A DNA stretch of 64,000 bases from Candidatus Dojkabacteria bacterium. GTDB taxonomy: Bacteria > Patescibacteriota > Dojkabacteria > SC72. The notes beneath the pieces are model-generated. The model was given only the letters and a program-made list of their open reading frames with translations. It was not told where the DNA came from and searched no databases. This document shows positions 27,784-37,467 of this stretch, one piece after another. Both the position numbers and the translations under genes were made by a program. The stretch covers positions 53,247 through 117,246 of the forward strand of contig JAVEZR010000001.1 in assembly GCA_034002865.1 (NCBI GenBank). Direction: 5' to 3'. The stretch's first letter is position 1. Each line of letters opens with the position of its first letter.

Positions 27784-28335
27784 CTATTGAATCTCTTTTA
27801 TGTTTAATTCGAAGTCTTCTTCAAATCTAACATCTGAAAAACTCTCTATGTAAAGATATATTACATATGTTTCTTTAGGTGCAAGAGTAATCTTTTGAGT
27901 TAGGGGATTACCATTAGATTCCTGTAATCTATATCTCTGTTCTCCTATTATTATCCCAATATCAGAGTTTGTACGTATGGATGTTCCTCCATATATTTCT
28001 AAATTAACACTCTCCTCCTTATTATTCACTATCTCTATTATAGGTTTAGAGTAGCTATCTGCTTCTCTTTTTACTAACTTAGTTTTATATGTATATATAT
28101 CTTCATTACTATCTATTCTTTCATTTAGAAAGATTAGATGAGATCCCCCTATGATATTAACTTTTAATCCTGAAGAGTTTGTTACTCCTAGAACATCCAA
28201 ATCTTTTAATTTTTTTGTAATTGGTTGTAGATTAACAACAGTTATAGCGGGGATGATGAAGAGTAGGGCTAGTAACCCTAATGCTATTGGTTCTAATACT
28301 AAGGCTAATGTTTTTTTAACTTTGTTCTCTTTCAT
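27784..28335 (-). CDS. N-terminally anchored hypothetical protein
   Basis: TM followed by DVLGV and a beta-rich domain; tightly coupled in the rpsT operon. Confidence 0.6.
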   Translation of the reverse strand: MKENKVKKTLALVLEPIALGLLALLFIIPAITVVNLQPITKKLKDLDVLGVTNSSGLKVNIIGGSHLIFLNERIDSNEDIYTYKTKLVKREADSYSKPIIEIVNNKEESVNLEIYGGTSIRTNSDIGIIIGEQRYRLQESNGNPLTQKITLAPKETYVIYLYIESFSDVRFEEDFELNIKEIQ

Positions 28336-28337
28336 AT

Positions 28338-28886
28338 TTAGTAGTATCTCTTATTATCAGGATATACATTATTACTTTCAATTTCAAATGTTTTTACAGC
28401 TCCTACTCCACAGAGGAATGCAAAGGAACCTGCAAGAATTCCAACCCATGTATATGTACTATCTTGTAGTACATTTATTACAACAATGGATGATGCTACC
28501 CAAAGGAATGCACACCAAATGAATATCTTAAGAAAGGTTGTATCATCTTTTGTAATCCACTGTAAGATATTAAACTTTGTTACCTTTACAATGGTCTTAG
28601 GATTACCAACGGTTGATTGAAATATTGCTGTTTTAAATATGAAATATGCAGTAGGTATTGCTAAGAAAAGGAACATTGAGAGATCAGAGAAAGAGTTTAC
28701 AAAAAGAGTAATCGCTTTATCTTCAAAATATATTTGTGTTGAAAATATACCATTAAGCTCATTACCAACTTCAATGGTAAGGCCATATATGGCACTTGTT
28801 AGGAATATTCCTAATACTTTTCCCGCAATCATTAGTATTGCAGGAAACAGAGAGTTTTTAAGCGCTCTTTTTAGCAGTTTTGACAT
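28338..28886 (-). CDS. Four-TM hypothetical membrane protein
   Basis: Four hydrophobic segments; start overlaps the rpsT 3' end. Confidence 0.65.
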   Translation of the reverse strand: MSKLLKRALKNSLFPAILMIAGKVLGIFLTSAIYGLTIEVGNELNGIFSTQIYFEDKAITLFVNSFSDLSMFLFLAIPTAYFIFKTAIFQSTVGNPKTIVKVTKFNILQWITKDDTTFLKIFIWCAFLWVASSIVVINVLQDSTYTWVGILAGSFAFLCGVGAVKTFEIESNNVYPDNKRYY

Positions 28887-29154
28887 TATCTATGGACAGT
28901 TTGTTAAGTTGAATTGCAAGTCTAGACTTCTTACGACTTGCTGTACCCTTCTTTATAACATTTTTCTTAGCTGCCTTGTCAAGAACTTTATTAGTTTGTT
29001 TTAAAGATTTCTCTGCAGCCTCTTTCTCTCCTGTACTTACTAATTCTTGGAATCTCTTTACAGATTTCTTAACTCTTTTTCTTAATCTATCGTTGTGTAC
29101 AGTTCTTCTCTTTGTCTGTCTTAAGTCTTTTATTGATGTTTTTAGGTTTGGCAT
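28858..29154 (-). CDS. rpsT: 30S ribosomal protein S20
   Basis: MPNLKTSIKDLRQ…LDKAAKKNVIKKGTASRKKSRL. Confidence 0.96.
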   Translation of the reverse strand: MPNLKTSIKDLRQTKRRTVHNDRLRKRVKKSVKRFQELVSTGEKEAAEKSLKQTNKVLDKAAKKNVIKKGTASRKKSRLAIQLNKLSIDNVKTAKKSA

Positions 29155-29194
29155 TAGAAAAAAATATATTTAAAATGATTCAATATTGCGTTGT

Positions 29195-29223
29195 ATTATA
29201 TCTGTTAGGGCTATGTTTGTAAA
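29195..29223 (-). promoter_or_regulatory. Sigma70 promoter of rpsT
   Basis: Minus strand TTTACA-N17-TATAAT. Confidence 0.75.
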
Positions 29224-29236
29224 CAAAATATTAAAT

Positions 29237-29252
29237 TGATACACTAGATTAT
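29237..29252 (+). promoter_or_regulatory. Extended -10 leaderless promoter
   Basis: TGaTACACT then 7 nt then ATG (29253). Confidence 0.55.
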
Positions 29253-29666
29253 ATGCATAGTATCGATACAAAGAAAGTTATTGGTTTTTCTCTTCTCATT
29301 GTAATACCTTTTTTGACGATTTTTTCTACACTGTATCTCCTTTTAAAAGAGGATGAAGTTAAAGGTATTCAGGTAGAGAGGGTGATGTCTGTGCAGGAAC
29401 CATATATTACAAATTTAATGCCAAAGATTGTTAATGTAAATGAAGAGTATATTTTTGTTCCAAGGGTTGTAGCTACTGACTTTAGTAATGTTACTATTAC
29501 TGTCCAAGAGGGGCCTGAGTGGTTATGGGTAGATGGAGAGGGGATTGTAAGGGGTTATCCTCTTATAGAGGATATTGGTACATACAAGGTAGTTCTTAAG
29601 GTAGAAGATGAAGTAGGTAGCTCTACAATAACGGAATATGTTATCGTAGTAGATGATGAAGAATAG
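29253..29666 (+). CDS. Membrane-anchored putative Ig (He_PIG/cadherin-like) domain protein
   Basis: TM followed by GPEWL…GIVRGYP…IGTYKVVLKVED. Confidence 0.72.
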   Translation: MHSIDTKKVIGFSLLIVIPFLTIFSTLYLLLKEDEVKGIQVERVMSVQEPYITNLMPKIVNVNEEYIFVPRVVATDFSNVTITVQEGPEWLWVDGEGIVRGYPLIEDIGTYKVVLKVEDEVGSSTITEYVIVVDDEE

Positions 29667-30051
29667 AGGATTGTTTTTAATAACCGTAGTTACTGTACTC
29701 TCCCTTGTAGTAGGGCTATTTGTATTTAGAGTTTCAGGCTCTAGTAGCTCTCTTTCTATAGAGGGTTGTGATCCTTACAATGTAAAGATAGAGAAGGGGG
29801 AGAAAGAGAACTCTGTGGTAATATCTTGGAAGAGTAAGGCAGAGTGCTCTGCATATGTTATATATGGTGGTGAGATGAAAGATTTGCATTTAATAGGGAT
29901 TGATTTAGAGAATGAGATAAAGGATAGGGATCATAGGGTAGTTTTAAACTCCCTTATTTCTTCTAAGATATACTTCTTCTCTATAGTTTCGGATAGTACT
30001 ACCTATGGTAAAGATGGTTTACCAATATCATTCTCTATTTCTTCTCTCTAA
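29653..30051 (+). CDS. Membrane-anchored fibronectin type III (purple acid phosphatase N-terminal-like) domain protein
   Basis: PYNV…SVVISW…YG…HRVVLNSL…YFFSI. Confidence 0.72.
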   Translation: MMKNRGLFLITVVTVLSLVVGLFVFRVSGSSSSLSIEGCDPYNVKIEKGEKENSVVISWKSKAECSAYVIYGGEMKDLHLIGIDLENEIKDRDHRVVLNSLISSKIYFFSIVSDSTTYGKDGLPISFSISSL

Positions 30052-31771
30052 CAATTTTCTCTTCAAAATATTTCTTTGGATTAGTATATTTATACTTAGT
30101 CATCTCTGCATCTTTATATATATCTGAGTTAAGGATAATTTGAGATAGTTTTACCCCTTCAGGTCTTGTATATACAGCCCATGCTGTTGCGAAGAGTACT
30201 ATTCCTATTGCCAATCTTACAAAGAGGTTGTCTAATATTCCAGTAGATGGTGTAGTTACAGGTACTGTTGGATTATCACAGTCTTGAGCAACAACTATTG
30301 AAGCTTGAGATCTTAATGTTGAAGGATCAGATGGTATCTGTACAGGATTTACAATTACTTCATTTAGGTTTTCTCCAGTAAGTGCATTACTATCTGCTTT
30401 TGCTCTGAATACAATAGTTAGCTGTCCACTAGCAACTACACTCCAAGGAGATGATTGCTGCCATACTATCTCTTGTGTAGACCCTATATTTGATACAGTA
30501 GTTAAGGAACCATCTGTAGCCGCAGTTCCATTTACAACTGTACTTTCTACTACATATGTGAATCCAAGAGGTAGTTTGTCTTTTATAGAGGTTATTTCTT
30601 GAGTTATATCACTGTTGTTCTTAATAGAGATAGTGAATGTTGCAACATTATTACTCTCAACTCTCTCTATACATGATGGAGATGCTATCTTAGATGTGGA
30701 AAAGTTAGAGTGACTCTCTTCTTCCTCTTCTTCCTCATCTGTTTCCTCTACCACTGGTACTTCCTGGGAAAGAAATTCTACCTCAGTACTTACTACTCCA
30801 ATACTTGTATCATCTACAAATACCTCTGCTGTAATAGGTAGGGGGCCTTCATGATTGTCTAGGATAGCGAATGATTGATCACCTACGAAGTTAGTTGCAT
30901 CGTACAGGTTAGCTTTTGTAATTGTGACTGTACCTTTAGCACTTTCAATGTTTAGCCCTCCCTCTGTTGTTAATGTTTGGAACTTTGTTCCAAATGAGAA
31001 ACTTACTTTTACATTCTCACTACTTAACTGCCCAACAGAGATTGTAATTTGAGAGATCTTTGTTCTACCATCACTCTGTCTTTCAGTAGTTGCAGTAAGA
31101 GCATTCGCACCTGTACTACCGCTCACATTAATATCTATAACTCTTCGACATATTATCGAATTAATGGAATCCCCTTTACTATCTGTTGCAGTAGCTAGAA
31201 TATCAAGAGAGTTTACATCTTTGAAGTCAGTAACCTTTTTGTATATCTTTTTACCCTCTATTTTGTCCGGTGTATTAGATTGTGTATTTATTTTAAAGGT
31301 GTAGTTACTGTAATTCTCATTATCAAAAGTTGCCTCTATGTTAACTTCATCTTCGGGATTAATCTTACCTGTAATTAACTTTCCATCCTGATCTGTAAGT
31401 ATCATTTCCTGACATCTAGCGTCAGAAATACTTCGTATGTTACAACTTTTAAACCTATCTGTTGCAGTACTACTTTTGATTACATATTCGGAGAGTAGTT
31501 GTGTATCACAGGCTATACTACATGCTTGGTCCGAGGGTACACTCTTTGAGCTAAAAAGAAATGCTTTCTTAGGATCTCCACAATCATTAACAACTGCAGG
31601 GTCTATCATGTAACAACCACAGGTAATCTGATTTCCTTTTTGCTCCTCCTGTACGGTATCTGCAATTGCGTAAAAATATATTACTGCGCCTATTAAAGCA
31701 ACTATTAATATACCACCGACAATGAGTAAGACTCTTAAAGCTCTTTTTGTATTTCTACTCTGTGTCCTCAT
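30035..31771 (-). CDS. Cys-rich surface protein with a DUF11-like domain and a PxTG sorting-like signal
   Basis: N-terminal TM; 'ATFTISIKN…IKDKLPLGFTYV' (DUF11-like); TPSTG followed by a TM and a basic tail. Confidence 0.7.
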   Translation of the reverse strand: MRTQSRNTKRALRVLLIVGGILIVALIGAVIYFYAIADTVQEEQKGNQITCGCYMIDPAVVNDCGDPKKAFLFSSKSVPSDQACSIACDTQLLSEYVIKSSTATDRFKSCNIRSISDARCQEMILTDQDGKLITGKINPEDEVNIEATFDNENYSNYTFKINTQSNTPDKIEGKKIYKKVTDFKDVNSLDILATATDSKGDSINSIICRRVIDINVSGSTGANALTATTERQSDGRTKISQITISVGQLSSENVKVSFSFGTKFQTLTTEGGLNIESAKGTVTITKANLYDATNFVGDQSFAILDNHEGPLPITAEVFVDDTSIGVVSTEVEFLSQEVPVVEETDEEEEEEESHSNFSTSKIASPSCIERVESNNVATFTISIKNNSDITQEITSIKDKLPLGFTYVVESTVVNGTAATDGSLTTVSNIGSTQEIVWQQSSPWSVVASGQLTIVFRAKADSNALTGENLNEVIVNPVQIPSDPSTLRSQASIVVAQDCDNPTVPVTTPSTGILDNLFVRLAIGIVLFATAWAVYTRPEGVKLSQIILNSDIYKDAEMTKYKYTNPKKYFEEKIVREKK

Positions 31772-31853
31772 GTAAAGGCAGTGTTTCGTATATTAATGGT
31801 TATCCCTACAATAGAGTTTATGAAAATACCTATGGTAATGTCAATGAATATGT

Positions 31854-32780
31854 TTACAATATAGTGCAAAGGAGAGTAAGTCCTAGCTTTGGCTCTATCC
31901 TTCCTACCTTTATTTCATAATCTAAACTACTTAACTTCTCATATATCTTACTTATCCTTTCTTTTGTATATCTATTACTTGCACTTACTAATGGACTTAA
32001 TGTAAATGGGGGTATTTTTAGTATTGAGGGCATTTCTGTATATTGGGTATTTTTTTCTACTAGATGTTTTGTCATTGTAAGCAGTCTGATATTTCTAAGT
32101 ATCATAGCTATTATGTAGTGGGGATCTGTGGAATTTCTGAGAAGATTCTCTAATATTAGTAGAGGCTTACCACTCTCACTATTTATCTCATCTAGTAATT
32201 TCCAGATGTCTTCTTCCAATGTATCAGGGGAGAACTCTCTTATATCCTCCTCTGTTATATTATCCTTCTCTATTAGCTTTAACTTCTTTAAATTGTTCTC
32301 AAATCGTTGAGAATCATAGTTAGAGTATGTAGCGAGAAGATTAATAGCGTTACTGTTAATGCTAATATCCATTTTCTGTGTGATTTCTTTCGCCCATGTA
32401 AGAAAAGATCTTTTGTTGAACTTTGTATACTCTTCTAGTTGCTTATTTGATTTAAAGAATTTTACATACCTTGTTACTGCACTTACCTTTTGGTCTTCCC
32501 ATATTACAATTTGATCTGTTGTATTGTTGGGTAGATATTCTAAAAGGAAATTTACTATGGATTCTCTCTCTTTATTTCTATATACCCTTTTAAGAAATAT
32601 TAAACGAGAGGTACTAAAGAGGGAGGGAGAGGAGAGTAGGTCCACAAGGTCACTTGCTTTTACTTTCTCTACATCCAAGGTTATGTACTCGTTATCACTA
32701 TTCTCTCGAAGGAGTGTAACAAATTTCTTTGCTTGAGAGAGGGATATGTATGTTTCGTTACCTATGTATAGTTTGTACAT
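31854..32780 (-). CDS. holA: DNA polymerase III delta subunit
   Basis: SPSLFS, NNLKKL, IWKLLD, IPPF, LDYEIKVG. Confidence 0.88.
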   Translation of the reverse strand: MYKLYIGNETYISLSQAKKFVTLLRENSDNEYITLDVEKVKASDLVDLLSSPSLFSTSRLIFLKRVYRNKERESIVNFLLEYLPNNTTDQIVIWEDQKVSAVTRYVKFFKSNKQLEEYTKFNKRSFLTWAKEITQKMDISINSNAINLLATYSNYDSQRFENNLKKLKLIEKDNITEEDIREFSPDTLEEDIWKLLDEINSESGKPLLILENLLRNSTDPHYIIAMILRNIRLLTMTKHLVEKNTQYTEMPSILKIPPFTLSPLVSASNRYTKERISKIYEKLSSLDYEIKVGRIEPKLGLTLLCTIL

Positions 32781-32783
32781 ATT

Positions 32784-34220
32784 CTATTGTGAAGTAGAAA
32801 TATCTGAGTTTGTCTCGGAGATTTCTTTACCAAACAGAATTGAGATATCTTCTCCTCTTAGTTTGGTTGTTATATATTCTGGCTTAGTAGTGCCTGTAGG
32901 TTTAAAGTATTTAGAGAGTTGATTTACAGAATATTCAAATGAGTCCTCCTTATTACTAAATATGTAGACTCCTTCCTTATCACTGTAAAGGTTCCCTATG
33001 AATTTTATATCAAGATATTTAAAATCTTTTCTTAATGACTGAGTTTCGTTATATGTATTTTGATATCCCAAACCAGTATTGTAAGTGTATATAGAGGGGT
33101 CTTCAGAGTAGAGCTGTGGATTCTTTAATATTAAGTCTACATACTCTTTTATATTATCGTATTTACCTAATCCTTCTATTGGACCTATTGCATATGCTCC
33201 TGTATTTACTACATTTTGGCTAGTAATCAGAGATGAGTTGCCTGCGGATGGATCTAGGACAAAGGAGTATGTATTTCCTTTCTTCTCATCAAACTCTTTG
33301 AGCAAATTCACTCCAGCCTCTATATCATCTAAGGTAAATTCAGAGATTTTTATATTATTTTGTATAGCGCTCATTAAATCCATTATCTTTTTAGGATTGA
33401 GTAATGTTTCAGAGCTTAATACTAAGTCTTTAAATGCAATTATTACCTTCTGCTGTCTTCTTGCTCTTGCGAAATCAGTCCCCTCATTGTTATGCATAGA
33501 GTGTCTTGATCTTGAATATTTCAATGCGGTAGTACCGTCCATTAACTGTGGTCCTGATTTAAAGCTAATGGTTTCATATCTGGAGCCTTTTGGATACATG
33601 TAATCAGTAAAACTGTTCTCTACATTAACATATACACCTCCTACAGCATCTATCAGCTGTACAAAGCCATTGAAATCGATCATTGCATGGTACTGTATTT
33701 CCATTCCAGTCATTTGTTCAACGATATCTCTTAGTGCAAGTAATCCGGAGTCTTTCTTTTTCTGTTCATTTACAGCGTATGCAGAGTTTATCTTATTAAA
33801 CCAATACTTATCTCTATTTACTTGTACATGGAAATCTCTTGGAATGGATACCATTACAATGTCTTTTGTATCATGATTAAAGGATGCAACTATTATGGTG
33901 TCTGTATTCATTAAATTTCCTTTCTCTCTTGTATCTACACCAATTAACAGAACATTTGTATATTTGCCTGTACTATCTTTCTTAAGCTCTGGCTTTGCTT
34001 CTGGTTTTAGTATGTTTGTTGGTGTAAATTGGAAACCTATATCTGAAGATACTTTATACCCTTTGTAGAGAAGATATATTCCAGAAGTAATACCACCGAT
34101 GAGAAAAATGGCAAGTACAACCAGTAACCATGGAGTTTTTTTCTTTGTTCTTACACCATTGTATCTTGGAATCTTGGTCTTTGCCAACTCTTTGTCACTC
34201 ATGTTTATGGATACTTCCAT
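32784..34220 (-). CDS. LytR-CpsA-Psr (LCP) family glycopolymer transferase
   Basis: NVLLIGVD, TDTII, VSIPRD, KINSAY, DAVGGV, YSRSR, DFARARRQQ. Confidence 0.93.
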   Translation of the reverse strand: MEVSINMSDKELAKTKIPRYNGVRTKKKTPWLLVVLAIFLIGGITSGIYLLYKGYKVSSDIGFQFTPTNILKPEAKPELKKDSTGKYTNVLLIGVDTREKGNLMNTDTIIVASFNHDTKDIVMVSIPRDFHVQVNRDKYWFNKINSAYAVNEQKKKDSGLLALRDIVEQMTGMEIQYHAMIDFNGFVQLIDAVGGVYVNVENSFTDYMYPKGSRYETISFKSGPQLMDGTTALKYSRSRHSMHNNEGTDFARARRQQKVIIAFKDLVLSSETLLNPKKIMDLMSAIQNNIKISEFTLDDIEAGVNLLKEFDEKKGNTYSFVLDPSAGNSSLITSQNVVNTGAYAIGPIEGLGKYDNIKEYVDLILKNPQLYSEDPSIYTYNTGLGYQNTYNETQSLRKDFKYLDIKFIGNLYSDKEGVYIFSNKEDSFEYSVNQLSKYFKPTGTTKPEYITTKLRGEDISILFGKEISETNSDISTSQ

Positions 34221-34237
34221 CGGCAGTTTAGAGTAAT

Positions 34238-35236
34238 TTATCTAAGATATTTCTGAACATTCTGGTTATGTTCTGTTAAAGTCTCAGCGTAATGTGGATT
34301 CCCACTTGCATCATGTATGTAGTAGTAATATTGGTTAGGTTTTGGATTTCTTACAGCATTTATAGCAGCTAAGCCTGGATTACATATTGGGGTAGGGGGA
34401 TATCCCTGTCTCTTGTAAGTATTGTAAGGGTTATCATCCTGCTTGTCTGCTACAGTAATGGGTGACTTCCAATCCTTTTTAGGGTACAGAAGTGTAGCAT
34501 CTATTTGGAGTAACCACCCCTCTTTGTTTCTTCTTTGTATTATATCTGCAATCATTGGCCTATCTTCAGATGTATATCCTTCTCTTTCAACCATACTTGC
34601 AACAATTATATCTTCATATGTATCTGTAAAACCAACCCTGTTCTTAAAGTTTGTAAGAAGTATACCTAGTATACTTTGAGTATCAGTATTTACAGAGAAA
34701 GAGTATTTATCTGGGAAGAGGAAGCCTTCTAAATCTGTAAGTGGGTATGGTATTGCTAAGCTTTGGATATATTGTGGGTCTTCTGTTAATCTAAGGAACT
34801 CTTCTTTAGAGAAATTCGTACCATCTATCTTCTCATACTCAGATGCAATTATATTCGCAATCTCATCTTTTCTTAAACCCTCTGGTATTGTAATCCATAC
34901 TCCTTGCTCTTTAGATGATTGTATCATCTGTGCAATCTCCTTTATATTTAAATTCTTTGGAATATCATACACACCGGCTTGTATCTTAGGTGCTAGTTTG
35001 TTGAGTTTGATATATATTTCAAAGTAGGTAGCCCACTTTTCTTTAAGTACCCCTGCAGTAATCAGGTCATCTATTATTGATTCTAGAGGTTCACCTTTCT
35101 CAATTTCAAGTACAACCTTCTCACTACTGTCACTATTAGGTGTCTCAAGTGTAGAGTAGTAGGATTTTTTGATAAAGAAGGCTCCTATTACAACGGTAAG
35201 TAGGGCTAGTAAGAAAATTTTAATTATGGTCTTCAT
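34238..35236 (-). CDS. mltG: Endolytic transglycosylase MltG
   Basis: ITIPEG, LEGFLFPDKY, ASMVERE, LQIDAT, PYNTY…PPTPICNPG. Confidence 0.95.
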   Translation of the reverse strand: MKTIIKIFLLALLTVVIGAFFIKKSYYSTLETPNSDSSEKVVLEIEKGEPLESIIDDLITAGVLKEKWATYFEIYIKLNKLAPKIQAGVYDIPKNLNIKEIAQMIQSSKEQGVWITIPEGLRKDEIANIIASEYEKIDGTNFSKEEFLRLTEDPQYIQSLAIPYPLTDLEGFLFPDKYSFSVNTDTQSILGILLTNFKNRVGFTDTYEDIIVASMVEREGYTSEDRPMIADIIQRRNKEGWLLQIDATLLYPKKDWKSPITVADKQDDNPYNTYKRQGYPPTPICNPGLAAINAVRNPKPNQYYYYIHDASGNPHYAETLTEHNQNVQKYLR

Positions 35237-35672
35237 TCTTATTAGATTCTGAGTTTAAAAATTCTTGAAGAAACACAGTCGCAGCTATCTTATCTATCTT
35301 ATGTCTTGATGACTTAGTATTCTGTCCTAGGGATAGTAACATATTTTGAGCTTCAGTTGTAGAATAGCTTTCATCTTGATATATGATAGGGAGATTGGTC
35401 AATTGAGAGAGCTTTTCTTTAAATGATTCTATTACCTTTGTAGTTTTAAGATGCTTACTATCAAAGATTTGAGGATTTCCTAAAAGTATAGTTTTTATTC
35501 TATACTCCTCTATTATCCTAAGAATATCTTGAATTAGAGTATCCATACTTCTTCTCTTTGTTACTTCGAGTACCTCTAGTGGAGAAGCTATGACTCCCTT
35601 ACTGTCAGAGAGTGCTAATCCAATTCTTTTGTTGCCATAGTCTATGGCTAATATTGGTTTTTGGGTTTGCAT
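35220..35672 (-). CDS. ruvX: Pre-16S rRNA nuclease YqgF/RuvX
   Basis: LAIDYGNKRIGLALSD, DESYST, IDKIAA. Confidence 0.93.
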   Translation of the reverse strand: MQTQKPILAIDYGNKRIGLALSDSKGVIASPLEVLEVTKRRSMDTLIQDILRIIEEYRIKTILLGNPQIFDSKHLKTTKVIESFKEKLSQLTNLPIIYQDESYSTTEAQNMLLSLGQNTKSSRHKIDKIAATVFLQEFLNSESNKNEDHN

Positions 35673-35674
35673 AT

Positions 35675-37423
35675 TTATTCTAATATTGCTTTTATCCTCT
35701 TTATACCTGCACCTACGTTTTCCTGCTTTACTATCTTAAATTTACCTAACTCTCTTGTATTAGATACATGAGGGCCGTTACATATCTCCAAGGAGTAGGG
35801 GTTCTCTTTTTCTCCAACATAGTACAGCTTTACGATATCTCCGTACCTTTCTTCAAAAGCAGCAAATGGGACTCTTTCTAATGCTTCCTGTTTAGATACC
35901 TCTTCAAAATTAACATCAAGGGATTTATTGATAGCGTCATTTACATACTTCTCTACCTTCTCTATTTGCTCTTGAGTTAATTTCTCATCACTAGGGAAAT
36001 CTAATCTAAGTCTTTCTGAGGTAATATTACTACCTTTCTGATATACATGATCTCCTAAGGTTTTCCTTAGGGCTTCAAGGAGTAGGTGTGTAGCTGTATG
36101 ATATCTTGTTGTCATTTCAGAGCTATCTGCTAAACCTCCCTTAAACATTCCTGCAGATGAGGTCCTAGATTTCTCTTGATGTTTACTTTGTGCTTCAGTA
36201 AAACTCTCTTTGTTAATTATCTCTAACTCTTTCTCCTTTAGTATTTCTTCAATGACTTCTAGTGGTAATCCATATGTTTCGTACAGTTGGAATGCTTTCT
36301 CTCCATTGATATGTCCTATCGTAGAGAGGGTCTTTTCTAACTCTTTTAAGCCATGCTCTACTGTCTTATTAAATTTCCTTTCCTCATCTTCTATGGTTTT
36401 AAGTATGAAATCCCTTTTCTCTATTAACTGAGGCCATACATTTTTAAACTGTTCTATTGCTACATCTGCAACCTCTCTTGTAAATTCCCTATCTATCTCT
36501 AACTTTCTACCATGCCTTACAGCCCTTCTAATTAATCTCCTGAGAATATATCCCTGCTGTGTGTTAGAAGGTAAAACTCCATCCATCACAATCCAAGTAG
36601 CTGCCTTTAGATGGTCTGTAATTATTCTTTGGGATTTTAGATCCTCTGATTTAGAGAGTGTTTTTACTTTCTCAAATATCGGTCTGTATATGTCTACTTC
36701 GTATACAGAGTTTACCCCTTGGCATACTGAAACTAATCTATCTAACCCTCCTCCAAAATCTACATTATGTCTTCCTAATGGCTTGTATATACCATCTTCT
36801 AGTAGATATTCCATGAATACGTTATTGCCAATCTCTACTAATTCTCCACTGTCTGTTTTATAAAATAGCTCACTATCTGGACCACATGGACCACCAGATG
36901 GTAAGCCCCACCAGTTATCTTCTCTTCCTAATGGCATTATCCTTTCTTCTTTTCCTACCTTTGCATCTATTCCATATTTTGAGAATATCTCTTCCCATAC
37001 AGCTATTGAAACCTCATCTCTTGGTATATCTCCTTCACCTTCAAATACGGAGGCATATATTCTGTTAATATCTAGGCCTAATTCTTCTACAAAAAACTGT
37101 ACTGTCATCTCTATAGCTTCCTTTTTAAAGTAGTCATTTAGAGACCAATTACCTAACATTTCAAAAGTTGTACAGTGAGTTGCATCTCCAACCTCATCTA
37201 TATCTCCTGTCCTAACACATCGTTGAGAGTTAGTTAGCCTATTTCCTTCTGGATGTCTTTGACCTTTAAGAAAGGGCACTAATGGGAACATCCCTGAATT
37301 AACAAAGAGTACAGAGGGATCATCCTCTGGAACTAATGGTGCACTTGGAATCTCTTTATGATTTCTGTTTACAAAAAAATCTAAATATTTACCCCTTATA
37401 TTTTCATATGTAAGATTGTTCAT
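35675..37423 (-). CDS. alaS: Alanine--tRNA ligase, short form without the C-Ala domain
   Basis: LFVNSGM, SQRCVR, FEMLGN, GPCGP, GYILRRLIRR, editing HTATH and CNGPH; ends at GIKRIKA. Confidence 0.96.
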   Translation of the reverse strand: MNNLTYENIRGKYLDFFVNRNHKEIPSAPLVPEDDPSVLFVNSGMFPLVPFLKGQRHPEGNRLTNSQRCVRTGDIDEVGDATHCTTFEMLGNWSLNDYFKKEAIEMTVQFFVEELGLDINRIYASVFEGEGDIPRDEVSIAVWEEIFSKYGIDAKVGKEERIMPLGREDNWWGLPSGGPCGPDSELFYKTDSGELVEIGNNVFMEYLLEDGIYKPLGRHNVDFGGGLDRLVSVCQGVNSVYEVDIYRPIFEKVKTLSKSEDLKSQRIITDHLKAATWIVMDGVLPSNTQQGYILRRLIRRAVRHGRKLEIDREFTREVADVAIEQFKNVWPQLIEKRDFILKTIEDEERKFNKTVEHGLKELEKTLSTIGHINGEKAFQLYETYGLPLEVIEEILKEKELEIINKESFTEAQSKHQEKSRTSSAGMFKGGLADSSEMTTRYHTATHLLLEALRKTLGDHVYQKGSNITSERLRLDFPSDEKLTQEQIEKVEKYVNDAINKSLDVNFEEVSKQEALERVPFAAFEERYGDIVKLYYVGEKENPYSLEICNGPHVSNTRELGKFKIVKQENVGAGIKRIKAILE

Positions 37424-37439
37424 AGGAATGATTATACCA
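37424..37439 (-). promoter_or_regulatory. Extended -10 leaderless promoter of alaS
   Basis: Minus strand TGgTATAAT-cattcct-ATG. Confidence 0.7.
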
Positions 37440-37467
37440 AATGAGAACTCTGTATTCGAGGAGAATA

